Shown here: positions 9,902 to 19,349 of the stretch, one piece after another | Layout: every line of letters begins with the position of its first letter | Numbering within the stretch: position 1 is the stretch's first letter | Source of the DNA: Candidatus Omnitrophota bacterium | GTDB lineage: Bacteria; Omnitrophota; Gorgyraeia; Velamenicoccales; Velamenicoccaceae | Assembly: GCA_020052645.1 (NCBI GenBank) | Contig: JAGVOQ010000011.1 | Coordinates: 40,890 to 104,889 of the forward strand | DNA: 64,000 bases | Direction of reading: 5' to 3' | Program-made: the position numbers and the translations under genes | Notes under the pieces: generated by a model | What the model saw: only the letters and a program-made list of their open reading frames with translations | What the model was told of the DNA's origin: nothing | Databases searched by the model: none

Positions 9902-10327
9902 TTATTTTTCATCAAGCCATGCCTTTACCCTGCGTCTAATTTTATCCCTAACCTCTCGAGTTTTTTCCAATTTTTCTTCCAAACTCCCTTGGAAACTTGA
10001 CGGATCTTCAAAACCCCAATGCAGCCTTTCGATCACTGCAGGAAAAACCGGGCATTTGCCGGATTGCGATTCATCACAAACAGTAATTACATAATCATAG
10101 CGCTTGCCCTGCTTATAAAAATCAAACACACCCTTGGTCTTGTTCTGTGAAATATCGATGTCAATTTCTTTCATGACCTCAACAACCACCGGATTCAGCT
10201 CGCCCGGTTCCAAGCCGGCACTCTCCACCTCAAACCTGTCCCCTGCCATCTGTTTTAAAAATGCTTCAGCCATCTGGGATCTAGCAGAATTGTGAACACA
10301 AATAAATAATACCTTCTGTTTTTCCAT
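9902..10327 (-). CDS. arsC: arsenate reductase, thioredoxin-coupled LMW-PTPase type
   Basis: [17 protein letters not shown] (CX5R P-loop) plus the [11 protein letters not shown] Cys pair. Trimmed to Met31, which lies 4 nt after the phoU stop. Confidence 0.85.
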   Translation of the reverse strand: MEKQKVLFICVHNSARSQMAEAFLKQMAGDRFEVESAGLEPGELNPVVVEVMKEIDIDISQNKTKGVFDFYKQGKRYDYVITVCDESQSGKCPVFPAVIERLHWGFEDPSSFQGSLEEKLEKTREVRDKIRRRVKAWLDEK

Positions 10328-10331
10328 GGGT

Positions 10332-11000
10332 TTATTTGAGTTTTTCTGGGTGATGCCTGACAACTTCTGCCTGAACCATATAAATAACGTCTTCAGCAAT
10401 ATTCGTCGCATGATCACAAATGCGTTCCAAAAAACGAGCTATGAGCAACAGCTGAACCGCTCTTGGCGCCGTTGAAGCATCTTTAACCATATAATCTTCA
10501 ATTAACTCTCTTTGAATTACATCGCGAAACTGATTAGCTTCAGAATCTGACAACAAAACTTTTTTAGCTAAAAGAATATCACCTTTGACAAATGCGTCTA
10601 TCGACATCTTCACCATATTTTGAGCAATGGTTGTTAGCTTCGGAATATCGATCAATGGCTTTAATATAGGCTTATCCACCAATTCAAGCGTACGCTGAGC
10701 TATGTCCACGGCGATATCCGCTATTCTTTCCAATTCGGCGTTGATCTTCATCCCGGTTGTAATAAAACGAAGGTCCCGTGCCATGGGTTGATAGCGCGCG
10801 ATCAAATCAATGCACTTTTCGTCGACATCCAATTCCAACTTATCAATAGCGACGTCATGATCGATAACGCTCTTGGCCATCTCTCTGTCGCGATTTTTAA
10901 GCGCTTCTACAGATTTAAAAATGGCTTCCTCCGCCAAAGCGCCCATCTTAAGAATATCTTCTTTTAGTTCTTTTAATTCCTGGTCAACATGTCTTTCCAT
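10332..11000 (-). CDS. phoU: phosphate signalling regulator PhoU
   Basis: Two PhoU repeats (ARDLRFI..., [14 protein letters not shown]). Start at Met14, preceded by GAGAGG. Confidence 0.9.
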   Translation of the reverse strand: MERHVDQELKELKEDILKMGALAEEAIFKSVEALKNRDREMAKSVIDHDVAIDKLELDVDEKCIDLIARYQPMARDLRFITTGMKINAELERIADIAVDIAQRTLELVDKPILKPLIDIPKLTTIAQNMVKMSIDAFVKGDILLAKKVLLSDSEANQFRDVIQRELIEDYMVKDASTAPRAVQLLLIARFLERICDHATNIAEDVIYMVQAEVVRHHPEKLK

Positions 11001-11064
11001 TATAAACCTCTCTTTTTCCCGCCCTTGGCGGAATTTCACAAGATTACGACATTAAGATGCTCAA

Positions 11065-11823
11065 TTATCCATATCTTCCGGTAATATAATCTTCTGTGCG
11101 CTGATCAAGTGGTGCTTTAAAAACCTGGTCAGTCCTACCGAATTCTACCAATTCCCCTAATAGCATAAAACCCGTATCATCCGAAACGCGCGCGGCCTGC
11201 TGCATATTATGGGTTACTATTATTATAGTATATTTATTTTTCAATTCTCGCATCAATTCTTCGACTCTTGCAGTTGCCTGCGGGTCTAAAGTAGAGCAGG
11301 GTTCATCCATTAACAATACGTCAGGCCTAATAGCAATAAGCCTGGCAATGCAAAGCCTCTGTTTCTGTTCCAAGGATAATCGAAGCGCAGGTTCATTCAG
11401 TTTATCTTTTAATTCATCCCACAAAAGAACATCTTTGAGACTTTTCTCAACAATCTCATCCAATTTATCTCTAATTATATGCTCGCCATGAATTTTCTCG
11501 CCAAAAATTATATTTTCGTAAATTGACAGCGGAAACGGATTTGGCCTTTGAAAAACCATCCCGACTTTTTTGCGCAGTGCGACTAAATCCACACCTGAAT
11601 CCAGAATATTTACGCGGTCAATCAAAACCTCGCCTTGCGTACGCACACCGTCAATTAAATCGTTCATACGGTTAAAAACTCTCAGCATGGTAGACTTGCC
11701 ACACCCCGAAGGCCCGATGATAGCCGTGATCCTGTTAGCCTCAAAGCCTGAATTAATGTTTTTTAAGGCATGGAAACCGCCGTACCAGAGATTTAAATTT
11801 TTAGTGATAATCTTGAAGCTCAT
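11065..11823 (-). CDS. pstB: phosphate ABC transporter ATPase PstB (degenerate signature motif)
   Basis: [39 protein letters not shown] and the C-terminal EDYITGRYG. The signature motif reads LSLEQKQR instead of LSGGQQQR. Confidence 0.9.
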   Translation of the reverse strand: MSFKIITKNLNLWYGGFHALKNINSGFEANRITAIIGPSGCGKSTMLRVFNRMNDLIDGVRTQGEVLIDRVNILDSGVDLVALRKKVGMVFQRPNPFPLSIYENIIFGEKIHGEHIIRDKLDEIVEKSLKDVLLWDELKDKLNEPALRLSLEQKQRLCIARLIAIRPDVLLMDEPCSTLDPQATARVEELMRELKNKYTIIIVTHNMQQAARVSDDTGFMLLGELVEFGRTDQVFKAPLDQRTEDYITGRYG

Positions 11824-12566
11824 CCGAATTCCCCTCTTACGTAACCATCTGTGCGTTTATCGCAAGGCGCAGTAAAAATCTTTTCAGTCTTATCCAACTC
11901 AATAAGCTCTCCGCTTAAAAAAAACGCGGTTCGATCCCCTACTCGCGCCGCCTGCTTGACGTTATTAGTCACTAAAACAATGGTGTATTTCTCTTTTAGT
12001 TTTATCATCGCATCTTCGACTTTAGCTGTAGAAATAGGATCCAGCCCGGAACAAGGCTCATCGAACAAAATCACTTCCGGCCCCACAGCCAGCGTCCTGG
12101 CAATACAAAGCCTCTGCTGTTGACCTCCGGATAATTTGAAAGCGGATTCATCCAACCTGTCCTTAACTTCCTCCCACAGGTACGCCTGTTGCAATGCCTC
12201 TTCAACCTTATGCCCTAGCACCTTTTTTCTTTTTTCTCCGTACACCCTGATTCCATAAGCCACATTTTCAAATATGGATAACGGCAAAGGCAGAGGCAGA
12301 GCAAACACCATTCCGATCCTACGACGTAAATCCTCGATATTGATTCCCCTAATATCCTGCCTTTCAAGTTCCACAGCCCCTGTCATCCTAAATCTTGCAT
12401 TAAGATCGTTTAAACGGTTGAGGGTGCGCAAGAACGTGGTCTTTCCGCTATTCGAAGGCCCGATCACGCTTAAGATCTCATTGGCCTGAATCTCCAGATT
12501 CACCTGTTTTAAGGCTTGGGTCGACGCAAACCAAATATTTAAATCGTGAATTTCAAACTTTACCAT
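11820..12566 (-). CDS. pstB: PstB paralogue with degenerate Q-loop and H-loop
   Basis: [17 protein letters not shown] (Q to A), [13 protein letters not shown] and VTNNVKQA (H to N). Overlaps its neighbours by 4 and 7 nt. Confidence 0.85.
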   Translation of the reverse strand: MVKFEIHDLNIWFASTQALKQVNLEIQANEILSVIGPSNSGKTTFLRTLNRLNDLNARFRMTGAVELERQDIRGINIEDLRRRIGMVFALPLPLPLSIFENVAYGIRVYGEKRKKVLGHKVEEALQQAYLWEEVKDRLDESAFKLSGGQQQRLCIARTLAVGPEVILFDEPCSGLDPISTAKVEDAMIKLKEKYTIVLVTNNVKQAARVGDRTAFFLSGELIELDKTEKIFTAPCDKRTDGYVRGEFG

Positions 12567-13408
12567 TTTTTCTTTTTCCTGAATTTAGTTCGAATGATGA
12601 TCGCGACCAAATTCATAAACAACACCAGTGTTAATAACACAAAGGCTGTGCCATATCTTATTTTTTCGTCGACATTAGGTACTTGCGTTGAAATAACATA
12701 GAGATGATACGGCAATGCCATCGCCTGATCAAAAATAGACTTAGGCAGCCGCGGAAGATAAAACGCGGCAACAGTAAATAAAATAGGCGCTGTCTCGCCA
12801 GCTGCTCTCCCCAAACCTAATATGGTGCCGGTCAAAATACCAGGGATAGCGTTCGGCAATACGATATGCCTTATGGTCTGCCACTTGCTGGCCCCAAGCG
12901 ATAGGCTGACTTCGCGGAATGATTGCGGCACGCTTTCTAAAGCTTCACGCGAAGTCGTAATAATGACAGGCAGGATCATAATTCCAAGCGTAAGTGAACC
13001 AGCAAGAATTGATGCGCCGAATTTTAGGAAAACTACAAAAAGAGCCAGGCCAAAGAGCCCATAAACTACCGAGGGTACGCCCGCTAAATTGACAATAGCT
13101 AGCTTAATGATTCGAGTGAGCAGATTCTCCTTGGCATATTCACTTAAATAGATCGCCGCCAGAAGCCCTATCGGCAAAGCAAAAAGTATAGCGCCCGATA
13201 CCAAATAAAACGTCCCTACAATTGCCGGAAATATGCCACCTGTGCGCATCCCTTGCCGCGGTATATCCGAGACAAACTGCCAATTGATCGCGGGCAATCC
13301 TTTTTGAATAATAACCACAACGATCAACCCAACCGGTATGATTATTAAAAGCGTGGCTAAGAGCAAAAAGAAAAACGCAATATTTTGTGTTCGATGAGAG
13401 TTTCTCAT
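12560..13408 (-). CDS. pstA: phosphate ABC transporter permease PstA
   Basis: EAxxSLGASKWQTIRHIVLP EAA-loop and a 6-TM layout. Confidence 0.9.
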   Translation of the reverse strand: MRNSHRTQNIAFFFLLLATLLIIIPVGLIVVVIIQKGLPAINWQFVSDIPRQGMRTGGIFPAIVGTFYLVSGAILFALPIGLLAAIYLSEYAKENLLTRIIKLAIVNLAGVPSVVYGLFGLALFVVFLKFGASILAGSLTLGIMILPVIITTSREALESVPQSFREVSLSLGASKWQTIRHIVLPNAIPGILTGTILGLGRAAGETAPILFTVAAFYLPRLPKSIFDQAMALPYHLYVISTQVPNVDEKIRYGTAFVLLTLVLFMNLVAIIIRTKFRKKKKW

Positions 13409-13446
13409 TAACTTTGACTATAAAGGCTTATATTCTCTACAAGGTT

Positions 13447-13542
13447 AACTCCGAAGCGTACGCAGTAAACCCCGTTAGAGAACGGAGTTCTCTAACGGGG
13501 TAAATTACCGAAAGAGAATTTACAAGCATATACGCAAGGAGC
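13447..13542 (+). repeat. box-hairpin-box intergenic element (E family), copy interrupted by P
   Basis: AACTCCGAAGCgtacGCAGTAAA[P]TAAATTaccgaaagagAATTTACAAGcatataCGCAAGGAGC. Confidence 0.7.
13466..13504. repeat. P element copy 2, flanked by TAAA (pstC-pstA spacer)
   Basis: TAAA-CCCCGTTAGAGAAC-gga-GTTCTCTAACGGGG-TAAA. Confidence 0.85.
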
Positions 13543-13555
13543 AGGTTATTTTACT

Positions 13556-14419
13556 CTATTGTCTTTTATGTAAAAATAAATCCGCTGTTACGTTAATTGC
13601 AAAACTAATAATAAAGAGCACGATGCCTATGGCGAACAAAGCAAAATAATGTTCACTCCCCACCACCGCCTCTCCCATTTCAGCAGCAATGGTAGCTGTT
13701 AACGTTCTAACCGGCACCAAGATACTATTTGGCATGACCGCAGCGTTTCCGGTAATCATCATCACCGCCATCGTCTCGCCAATGACGCGTCCGATTCCAA
13801 GCATAACTGCCGCAAGTATACCGCTTGAGCTGGCAGGAAGCATCACGCGCCAAATCGTCTGCCAATGTGTTGCTCCCAATGCAAGAGCGCCTTCTTTATA
13901 TGTCTTGGGAACAGAATACAACGCATCTTCAGCAACCGAGACTATTGTCGGCATTGCCATAAACGCAAGCATGATGGAGCCCGACAAAGCGGTTAGACCG
14001 GTTGGCAAATGAAAAACACTTTTAACCAAAGGCACAAGAGTTATCATACCAACGAATCCTAAAACAACGCTAGGAATCGCCGCTAACAATTCTATCCCAG
14101 CCTTAAGAATCTCTTTGATCTTTGCCGGAGCTATCTCAGCAATATAAACAGCACAACCCACTCCAACAGGTATGGAAATAATCGCTGCGCCCAAAGTAAC
14201 CAATAAAGAACCAAAAATTAACGGTAGGATTCCTAACTGCGCAGGTTCTGAAATAGGATACCAACTCTTACCAAATAAAAATTTAAAAGGGCCTACAGTT
14301 TTAAATACCGCAAGCCCTTCTTTGAGCAGGAATAAAAAAATCAGCACGACAAAAAATATCGAAGCTAAACCACAGATCAATATCAGTTTTTCGATGATAA
14401 ACTCTTTTAACTTACGCAT
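13556..14419 (-). CDS. pstC: phosphate ABC transporter permease PstC
   Basis: EGALALGATHWQTIWRVMLP EAA-loop. I prefer Met26 (ATG 14419) over the track start at 14494. Confidence 0.88.
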   Translation of the reverse strand: MRKLKEFIIEKLILICGLASIFFVVLIFLFLLKEGLAVFKTVGPFKFLFGKSWYPISEPAQLGILPLIFGSLLVTLGAAIISIPVGVGCAVYIAEIAPAKIKEILKAGIELLAAIPSVVLGFVGMITLVPLVKSVFHLPTGLTALSGSIMLAFMAMPTIVSVAEDALYSVPKTYKEGALALGATHWQTIWRVMLPASSSGILAAVMLGIGRVIGETMAVMMITGNAAVMPNSILVPVRTLTATIAAEMGEAVVGSEHYFALFAIGIVLFIISFAINVTADLFLHKRQ

Positions 14420-14518
14420 TGAGTACCTTAATGTCCTTATCCAGCGAAATCCCGCGACGTATGCCAAAATTTTTAAAGTGAAAAATTTTGGCATATCTTA
14501 CGCAGCGGGACAGACGCT

Positions 14519-15373
14519 TTATCTATTTACCGGCACAAAATCAGTTGCCAAGACAATATCCTGGCCTTCTTTAGAAAGAGTAAAATCTATAAATTTTTTA
14601 ACCAATCCCTCCGGTACGCCGTTCGTATAGAAGAAAAGCGGCCTTGAGATCGGATATTTACCACTGATAACATTCTCTATTGTGGGCGCTTCGTACTCTG
14701 ACTTCTCATCTTTAGCTATTGATACCGGTTTCTGTTTATTTGAAATATACCCCATCCCGTAATAACCTATAGCAGCAGAATTCCCAGCTATCTCATCAGC
14801 GATAGCCTGCGAAGACGAAAGCATTAAAGCACCCGGCGCAAATTCTTCTCTACTGTTGGGATCGTTCTTTCTTAACACGTGCTCTTTAAAGTAAACGTGA
14901 GTACCGGAATTAACTTCACGCGACAATAAGACGATCTTCTCGTCTTTTCCGCCCAATTCTTTCCAATTGGTGATCTTCCCGGTAAAAATCGCGGCCAACT
15001 GATCCATGGTAAGCTTACTCACTGAGTTCTTCGGACTCACCACAACCGCAAGCCCGTCTAATGCCACTTTTATTTCATTGGGATTAATGCCTTTTTGTTT
15101 AGCAAGAGCCACTTCTTTTTCTTTTATATTTCGAGAGCTCATAGCAATATCACAAGTGCCACTCATGAGGCTTGATAATCCAACACCTGAGCCGCCTCCT
15201 GTAACTGCTATAAAATTAATTGAATCTTGTTCCATATACTTCTCGGCCCAAGCCTGGCCTAGATTCACCATGGTGTCCGAACCTTTAATCTGTATCGAAT
15301 TCTTATCTTTTGCGGCAAATGCCGACGTTGCAAACATAAACAATAAAAAAACCCCCAATGCCTTTTTAAACAT
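14519..15373 (-). CDS. pstS: periplasmic phosphate-binding protein PstS
   Basis: Signal peptide, GSDTMVNL and GGGSGVG motifs. Start at Met10, preceded by AGGAGG. Confidence 0.9.
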   Translation of the reverse strand: MFKKALGVFLLFMFATSAFAAKDKNSIQIKGSDTMVNLGQAWAEKYMEQDSINFIAVTGGGSGVGLSSLMSGTCDIAMSSRNIKEKEVALAKQKGINPNEIKVALDGLAVVVSPKNSVSKLTMDQLAAIFTGKITNWKELGGKDEKIVLLSREVNSGTHVYFKEHVLRKNDPNSREEFAPGALMLSSSQAIADEIAGNSAAIGYYGMGYISNKQKPVSIAKDEKSEYEAPTIENVISGKYPISRPLFFYTNGVPEGLVKKFIDFTLSKEGQDIVLATDFVPVNR

Positions 15374-15400
15374 ACACCCTCCTATTTTTAAATAAATCAT

Positions 15401-15449
15401 ATTATATTCATATTATGTTTGTGTGAGGTTCATGTAAAATGTGTGTAAA
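15401..15449 (-). promoter_or_regulatory. Pho-box-like direct repeats plus -10 element upstream of pstS
   Basis: The minus strand reads TTTACAcacatTTTACAtgaacCTCACA (boxes at 15449-15444, 15438-15433 and 15427-15422, 11-bp phasing). TATAAT follows at 15406-15401, then AGGAGG and the ATG. Confidence 0.55.
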
Positions 15450-15460
15450 ATTTAAAAAGC

Positions 15461-16114
15461 CTAGAACACCACCTTAAATTTTGTTCCAAGCACATTCGTA
15501 TCCACCCACGTGTCTGTGCCCTTAGTACTTCGCAGCATGTAATAAAGTTCCACTTTTATATTTTTGGTCAGATCAAAGCTGAAACCGGTAGAAAACCTGT
15601 TTTCGTTAAACTGACTGATCGTTCCAAATATGAGAAAAATTTCATCAGACAGATACGGCGCAATCCCCAGCTTTGTAAATTTCAAGGGAAGTTTTATGGT
15701 GATTTTATTGCGGTAGCGCCAAAAATCAGTTTGATAATCAAAATGCCTGTATTCCAGACGGCTGCGATCGTCGAATTTGAATCCTTTCGCATCCCAAAAA
15801 AGCGTTGCCATGCCGTAAGGCGCACTCTCTCCCTTAAACTTACCACTCTTTTTCTCAAATATCTGCCTGTAACCCAGGCCGACATTCAAATGCTTGCTCA
15901 TGTTATAAACATAGCCCAAGTCATAATGATGATAATAAAACTCTTCAGCATTATCACCCCAACGGAATTCCTCCTCCAGAGTTATCTTAGAAGACTTATT
16001 AATCTTCAGCTCTTCGACATCCGTATTCCATACCTGAAAATCATGATCATCATAGGCATGGCATTCACCTACCAATAAAAAAACACCAACCAAAAAAACA
16101 TAAAACTTTTTCAT
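15461..16114 (-). CDS. outer-membrane beta-barrel protein (DUF2490-like, possible phosphate-regulated porin)
   Basis: Signal peptide, alternating aromatic beta-strand pattern and a C-terminal ...KFKVVF. Pho-box-like repeats lie upstream. Confidence 0.55.
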   Translation of the reverse strand: MKKFYVFLVGVFLLVGECHAYDDHDFQVWNTDVEELKINKSSKITLEEEFRWGDNAEEFYYHHYDLGYVYNMSKHLNVGLGYRQIFEKKSGKFKGESAPYGMATLFWDAKGFKFDDRSRLEYRHFDYQTDFWRYRNKITIKLPLKFTKLGIAPYLSDEIFLIFGTISQFNENRFSTGFSFDLTKNIKVELYYMLRSTKGTDTWVDTNVLGTKFKVVF

Positions 16115-16214
16115 CCTTCCCTCCCTGCCTGCCGGCAGGCAGGCTTTTGTGTTAATTGTTTTTCATTTTCTAAGGGAAGTATAAAATACTGACATTAAAT
16201 CCGCACGAAGGAAA

Positions 16215-16231
16215 GGTAAAATATAAGTAAA
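16215..16231 (-). promoter_or_regulatory. two Pho-box-like hexamers upstream of the barrel-protein gene
   Basis: The minus strand reads cTTTACTtataTTTTACC, with 11-bp phasing, about 100 nt upstream of ATG 16114. Confidence 0.35.
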
Positions 16232-16307
16232 GTCTTTTTTTAAGGGGATTATTGCATTCTATCGGGAATAACGCCCCGCACTTAGAGGCATTACACGGGG
16301 GTCCCTC

Positions 16308-18086
16308 TTACCGAGGGAGGATAAACCAGAACTTCGAACCAAACCCTTCTGTGCTTTCGACGCCGACACAGCCACCATGAAGCTCGACGATATGCTTAAC
16401 GATAGAAAGCCCGAGACCTGTTCCGCCAAGTTCGCGCGAGTGCGCCTTATCCACGCGGTAGAAACGCTCAAAAATGCGCGAAATGTCTTTTCCCGGGATA
16501 CCGATTCCTGAATCTTCTATGGTGATTTTTATTTTTCCGTCTGCTTCCTCAGCATATATACGAATAGCGCCTTTTTCTTTATTAAATTTAATCGCATTAT
16601 CAATAAGATTAGTAAATACTTGTTCTATTTTATTTCTGTCAGCGCTGATCGAAACGCTATCAGACAATTCATTCTTTATTTCTATACTCATTTTTTTCAA
16701 TTGAGATTTAAAACCTGAAGTAACCTTTTCAAGCTGCAATTTTAAAATAAAACTTTTCTTTTCGAGCGTTATTTCTTTTGACTCAAGATGCGACAGAGAA
16801 AGCAAGTCATCAACCAAATTATTAAGCCGTTCGGAATGATCCTGGATAATCTTCAGAAAGTTTCGATTATTTTCTTTATCGTCTAATGCGCCCTCAAGCA
16901 GCGTCTCCACAAAACCCTTAATAGAAGTCAGCGGTGTTTTTAATTCATGCGAAACATTAGCCACAAAATCGCTGCGCACCGTCTCAAGCCTTCTTAGCTC
17001 GGTTATGTCATGAATAACCACCAAACAGCCTGCTACAATATCATTATCGAAAATAGGCGTGGCATTTACCTCAAAAATCCTACGCATGGGATAAATAAGT
17101 GTAATTTCGGTAGTTAGGGGTTTACCTTCTCTTGAGATCGCATTAACAACCTCTGCAATATCATTATTACGTATTGCCTCTAAAAATACTCTGCCTTCCA
17201 TGGTATCTTTTGTAGCGCCGAATATTTTTTCGATCGTTGAGTTAACGGAGACGATACGGCCTGTCTTGTCTACAACAATAACCCCCTCGACCATGCTATT
17301 AAAAATCGCGGAGAGCTTCTGATTCTGCGCCTTAATCTCTTTAATCTTATTCTCTATTGTCTCAGCCATCTTGTTCAAGGTTACTGCAAGCTCCCCTATT
17401 TCGTCTTTTGAGGATTGCATGACCCTACGACTAAAATCACCTTCTGAAAACTTACGAGAAACATGTATCATCCTATTAATAGGATCAACTGTTCTCTGGG
17501 CCACTATTGAACCTAAAACCAGAACAAGCCCTAGCGCAAAAAGTAACCCGAAAAGAACTGTTTTTCTAATCGCAAACAACGTATTCTTCACACTCTCCAA
17601 GGGAAGGGCTAATCTCAAGACTCCCGAGATAGTATTTCCGGCCTCAAGAGGCAACGCAACGTAAAGCATATCTATTTTAAGAGTGGGGGAATACCGAGTG
17701 TCACTACCTATGCTGCCACTCAAGGCAATTTTTACTTCTTCCCGATAGAGATGATTCTCCATAAGAAGGACATCTTCTAGGGATTTCTCTGAATCGGCTA
17801 AAACCTTCCCCTTCGCATTGATTATAGTGATACGGCATTTTGTCTTAGGGGATAAAGCTTTAACCAGCCTTTCCAAAGAAGCAACATCGTCTTGTTTAAG
17901 ACTTTCAGCTGAAATCTGAACTTCGATTAGCTTAGCCTGAGCGATAAGGGAAGATTGAATATTTTGGAGAGAGTTTTCTTCTAAATTTCTATCTAGGAAG
18001 AGGCCTATAAAACCGAAAGATACCAATATAACAAAAACATACGAAAGGATTAGCTTCAATTTAAAACTTTTAATCTTCATATTCAA
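16308..18086 (-). CDS. phoR: phosphate-sensing histidine kinase PhoR-like
   Basis: Two TM segments, HAMP, PAS, the H-box FVANVSHELKTPLTSI, and G-boxes (DSGIGI, GGTGLGLSIV). Confidence 0.85.
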   Translation of the reverse strand: MNMKIKSFKLKLILSYVFVILVSFGFIGLFLDRNLEENSLQNIQSSLIAQAKLIEVQISAESLKQDDVASLERLVKALSPKTKCRITIINAKGKVLADSEKSLEDVLLMENHLYREEVKIALSGSIGSDTRYSPTLKIDMLYVALPLEAGNTISGVLRLALPLESVKNTLFAIRKTVLFGLLFALGLVLVLGSIVAQRTVDPINRMIHVSRKFSEGDFSRRVMQSSKDEIGELAVTLNKMAETIENKIKEIKAQNQKLSAIFNSMVEGVIVVDKTGRIVSVNSTIEKIFGATKDTMEGRVFLEAIRNNDIAEVVNAISREGKPLTTEITLIYPMRRIFEVNATPIFDNDIVAGCLVVIHDITELRRLETVRSDFVANVSHELKTPLTSIKGFVETLLEGALDDKENNRNFLKIIQDHSERLNNLVDDLLSLSHLESKEITLEKKSFILKLQLEKVTSGFKSQLKKMSIEIKNELSDSVSISADRNKIEQVFTNLIDNAIKFNKEKGAIRIYAEEADGKIKITIEDSGIGIPGKDISRIFERFYRVDKAHSRELGGTGLGLSIVKHIVELHGGCVGVESTEGFGSKFWFILPR

Positions 18087-18765
18087 ATCTGTATCCGTAA
18101 TTTTTTACGGTAAGGATGCGCTTTGATTCGTTTTTTAGCTTTTTACGCAGCGTCCTAATATGTACATCTACGGTACGCGTCTGAATTTCCATCGCGTGGT
18201 CAAAACCCCAGATGGTATCTAAAAGATAGTCCCGTGACAAAACCCTTCCCTTCGCCTTTAACAACGTTTTTAATAATTCAAACTCTTTTGCCGTTACTGC
18301 GACGGGCTTATCTTTAACCATCACTACGATCTTTGAAAAATCAACAGTAAGATCGCCGACCCTAAACACCTGTGGCAATTTTTCTTTTTCATTTATACGG
18401 CGCAACACCGCCTTTATTCGCGCAATCAATTCCCTGGGGCTAAAAGGTTTTGTAATATAATCGTCTGCTCCTAATTCAAGACCAATAACTTTATCAGATT
18501 CCTGCGATTTGGCAGTCAACATAATAATAGGAATAGAGTCTGTTTTTGCTTCTTTTTTTAATTCCTTACAGACTTCCAAACCATCCATCCCCGGAAGCAT
18601 TAAATCCAACAGCACCAGATCAGGATGCTCCCGCATTGCCATATCCAAAGCATCCTCTCCATCTCTGGCAGACAAAGTTCTAAATCCTTCTTTCTGAAGG
18701 TTATATTCCAGCATTTTCACAATATCTTTTTCGTCTTCTACAATCAGAATTTTTTCTTTAGACAT
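18070..18765 (-). CDS. phoB: OmpR-family response regulator PhoB/PhoP-like
   Basis: Receiver domain (LVLLDLMLPGMDG, TAKS) plus a winged-helix domain (VDVHIRTLRKKL). Confidence 0.9.
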   Translation of the reverse strand: MSKEKILIVEDEKDIVKMLEYNLQKEGFRTLSARDGEDALDMAMREHPDLVLLDLMLPGMDGLEVCKELKKEAKTDSIPIIMLTAKSQESDKVIGLELGADDYITKPFSPRELIARIKAVLRRINEKEKLPQVFRVGDLTVDFSKIVVMVKDKPVAVTAKEFELLKTLLKAKGRVLSRDYLLDTIWGFDHAMEIQTRTVDVHIRTLRKKLKNESKRILTVKNYGYRFEYED

Positions 18766-18785
18766 AATCTCTCCGTGTGAATCTT

Positions 18786-18813
18786 ATTCTATCATTTCCT
18801 TGAAAAACATCAA
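18786..18813 (-). promoter_or_regulatory. candidate sigma70-type promoter of phoB-phoR
   Basis: The minus strand reads TTGATG-16 nt-TAGAAT, about 20 nt before GGAGA and the ATG. Confidence 0.35.
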
Positions 18814-18818
18814 AACAT

Positions 18819-18856
18819 AAAAAACCTCGGCTAGTATTTCTAGCCGAGGTTTTTTT
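18819..18856. terminator. bidirectional intrinsic terminator between dsrE and phoB
   Basis: A6-CCTCGGCTA-gtatttc-TAGCCGAGG-T7. Confidence 0.75.
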
Positions 18857-19028
18857 ATCTCTCTATATAGATTTCGAGAGATCAATCTGGTTGCCCAAGT
18901 CCGATTGATACTACTTTATAAATACTTCTCTGATAATCTGGTTCATCCAGATAAAATTTGACTTTCGAATCGCAATCGGCCGAAACGAGCCCGATTTGAT
19001 CTTATCCCAACCTAATCCTCATCGGCAC

Positions 19029-19349
19029 CTAAAAAGTAACAACCTTATCACTTTCTTTTACGATCTCGTACATATCCTTCATCGTATTGATAGGGCACAT
19101 CTCGGTGCCTTCCTGATTCCGGGATTTAATGCACGTACCACAGGCAAGGATCTTGCCGCCTGCCTTTAAGAGCTTATCTGCCTGCTCAACCGTATTAAAC
19201 TTTTCAGTGCTTATTTTTTGGTACTCGACACCTTTGCCAGTCAAAAACACCTTAACCTCATCCTTTTGTCCGAGAGAGAAATTAGCATAACGCAGTGCAT
19301 TCCAGCAGGTTTCCGCATCGTTACTTGAAACAATAACTCCTATTTTCAT
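19029..19349 (-). CDS. DsrE/DsrF-like family protein
   Basis: MKIGVIVSSNDAETCWNALRYA..., about 106 aa, with conserved Cys (ACGTC). Confidence 0.65.
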   Translation of the reverse strand: MKIGVIVSSNDAETCWNALRYANFSLGQKDEVKVFLTGKGVEYQKISTEKFNTVEQADKLLKAGGKILACGTCIKSRNQEGTEMCPINTMKDMYEIVKESDKVVTF

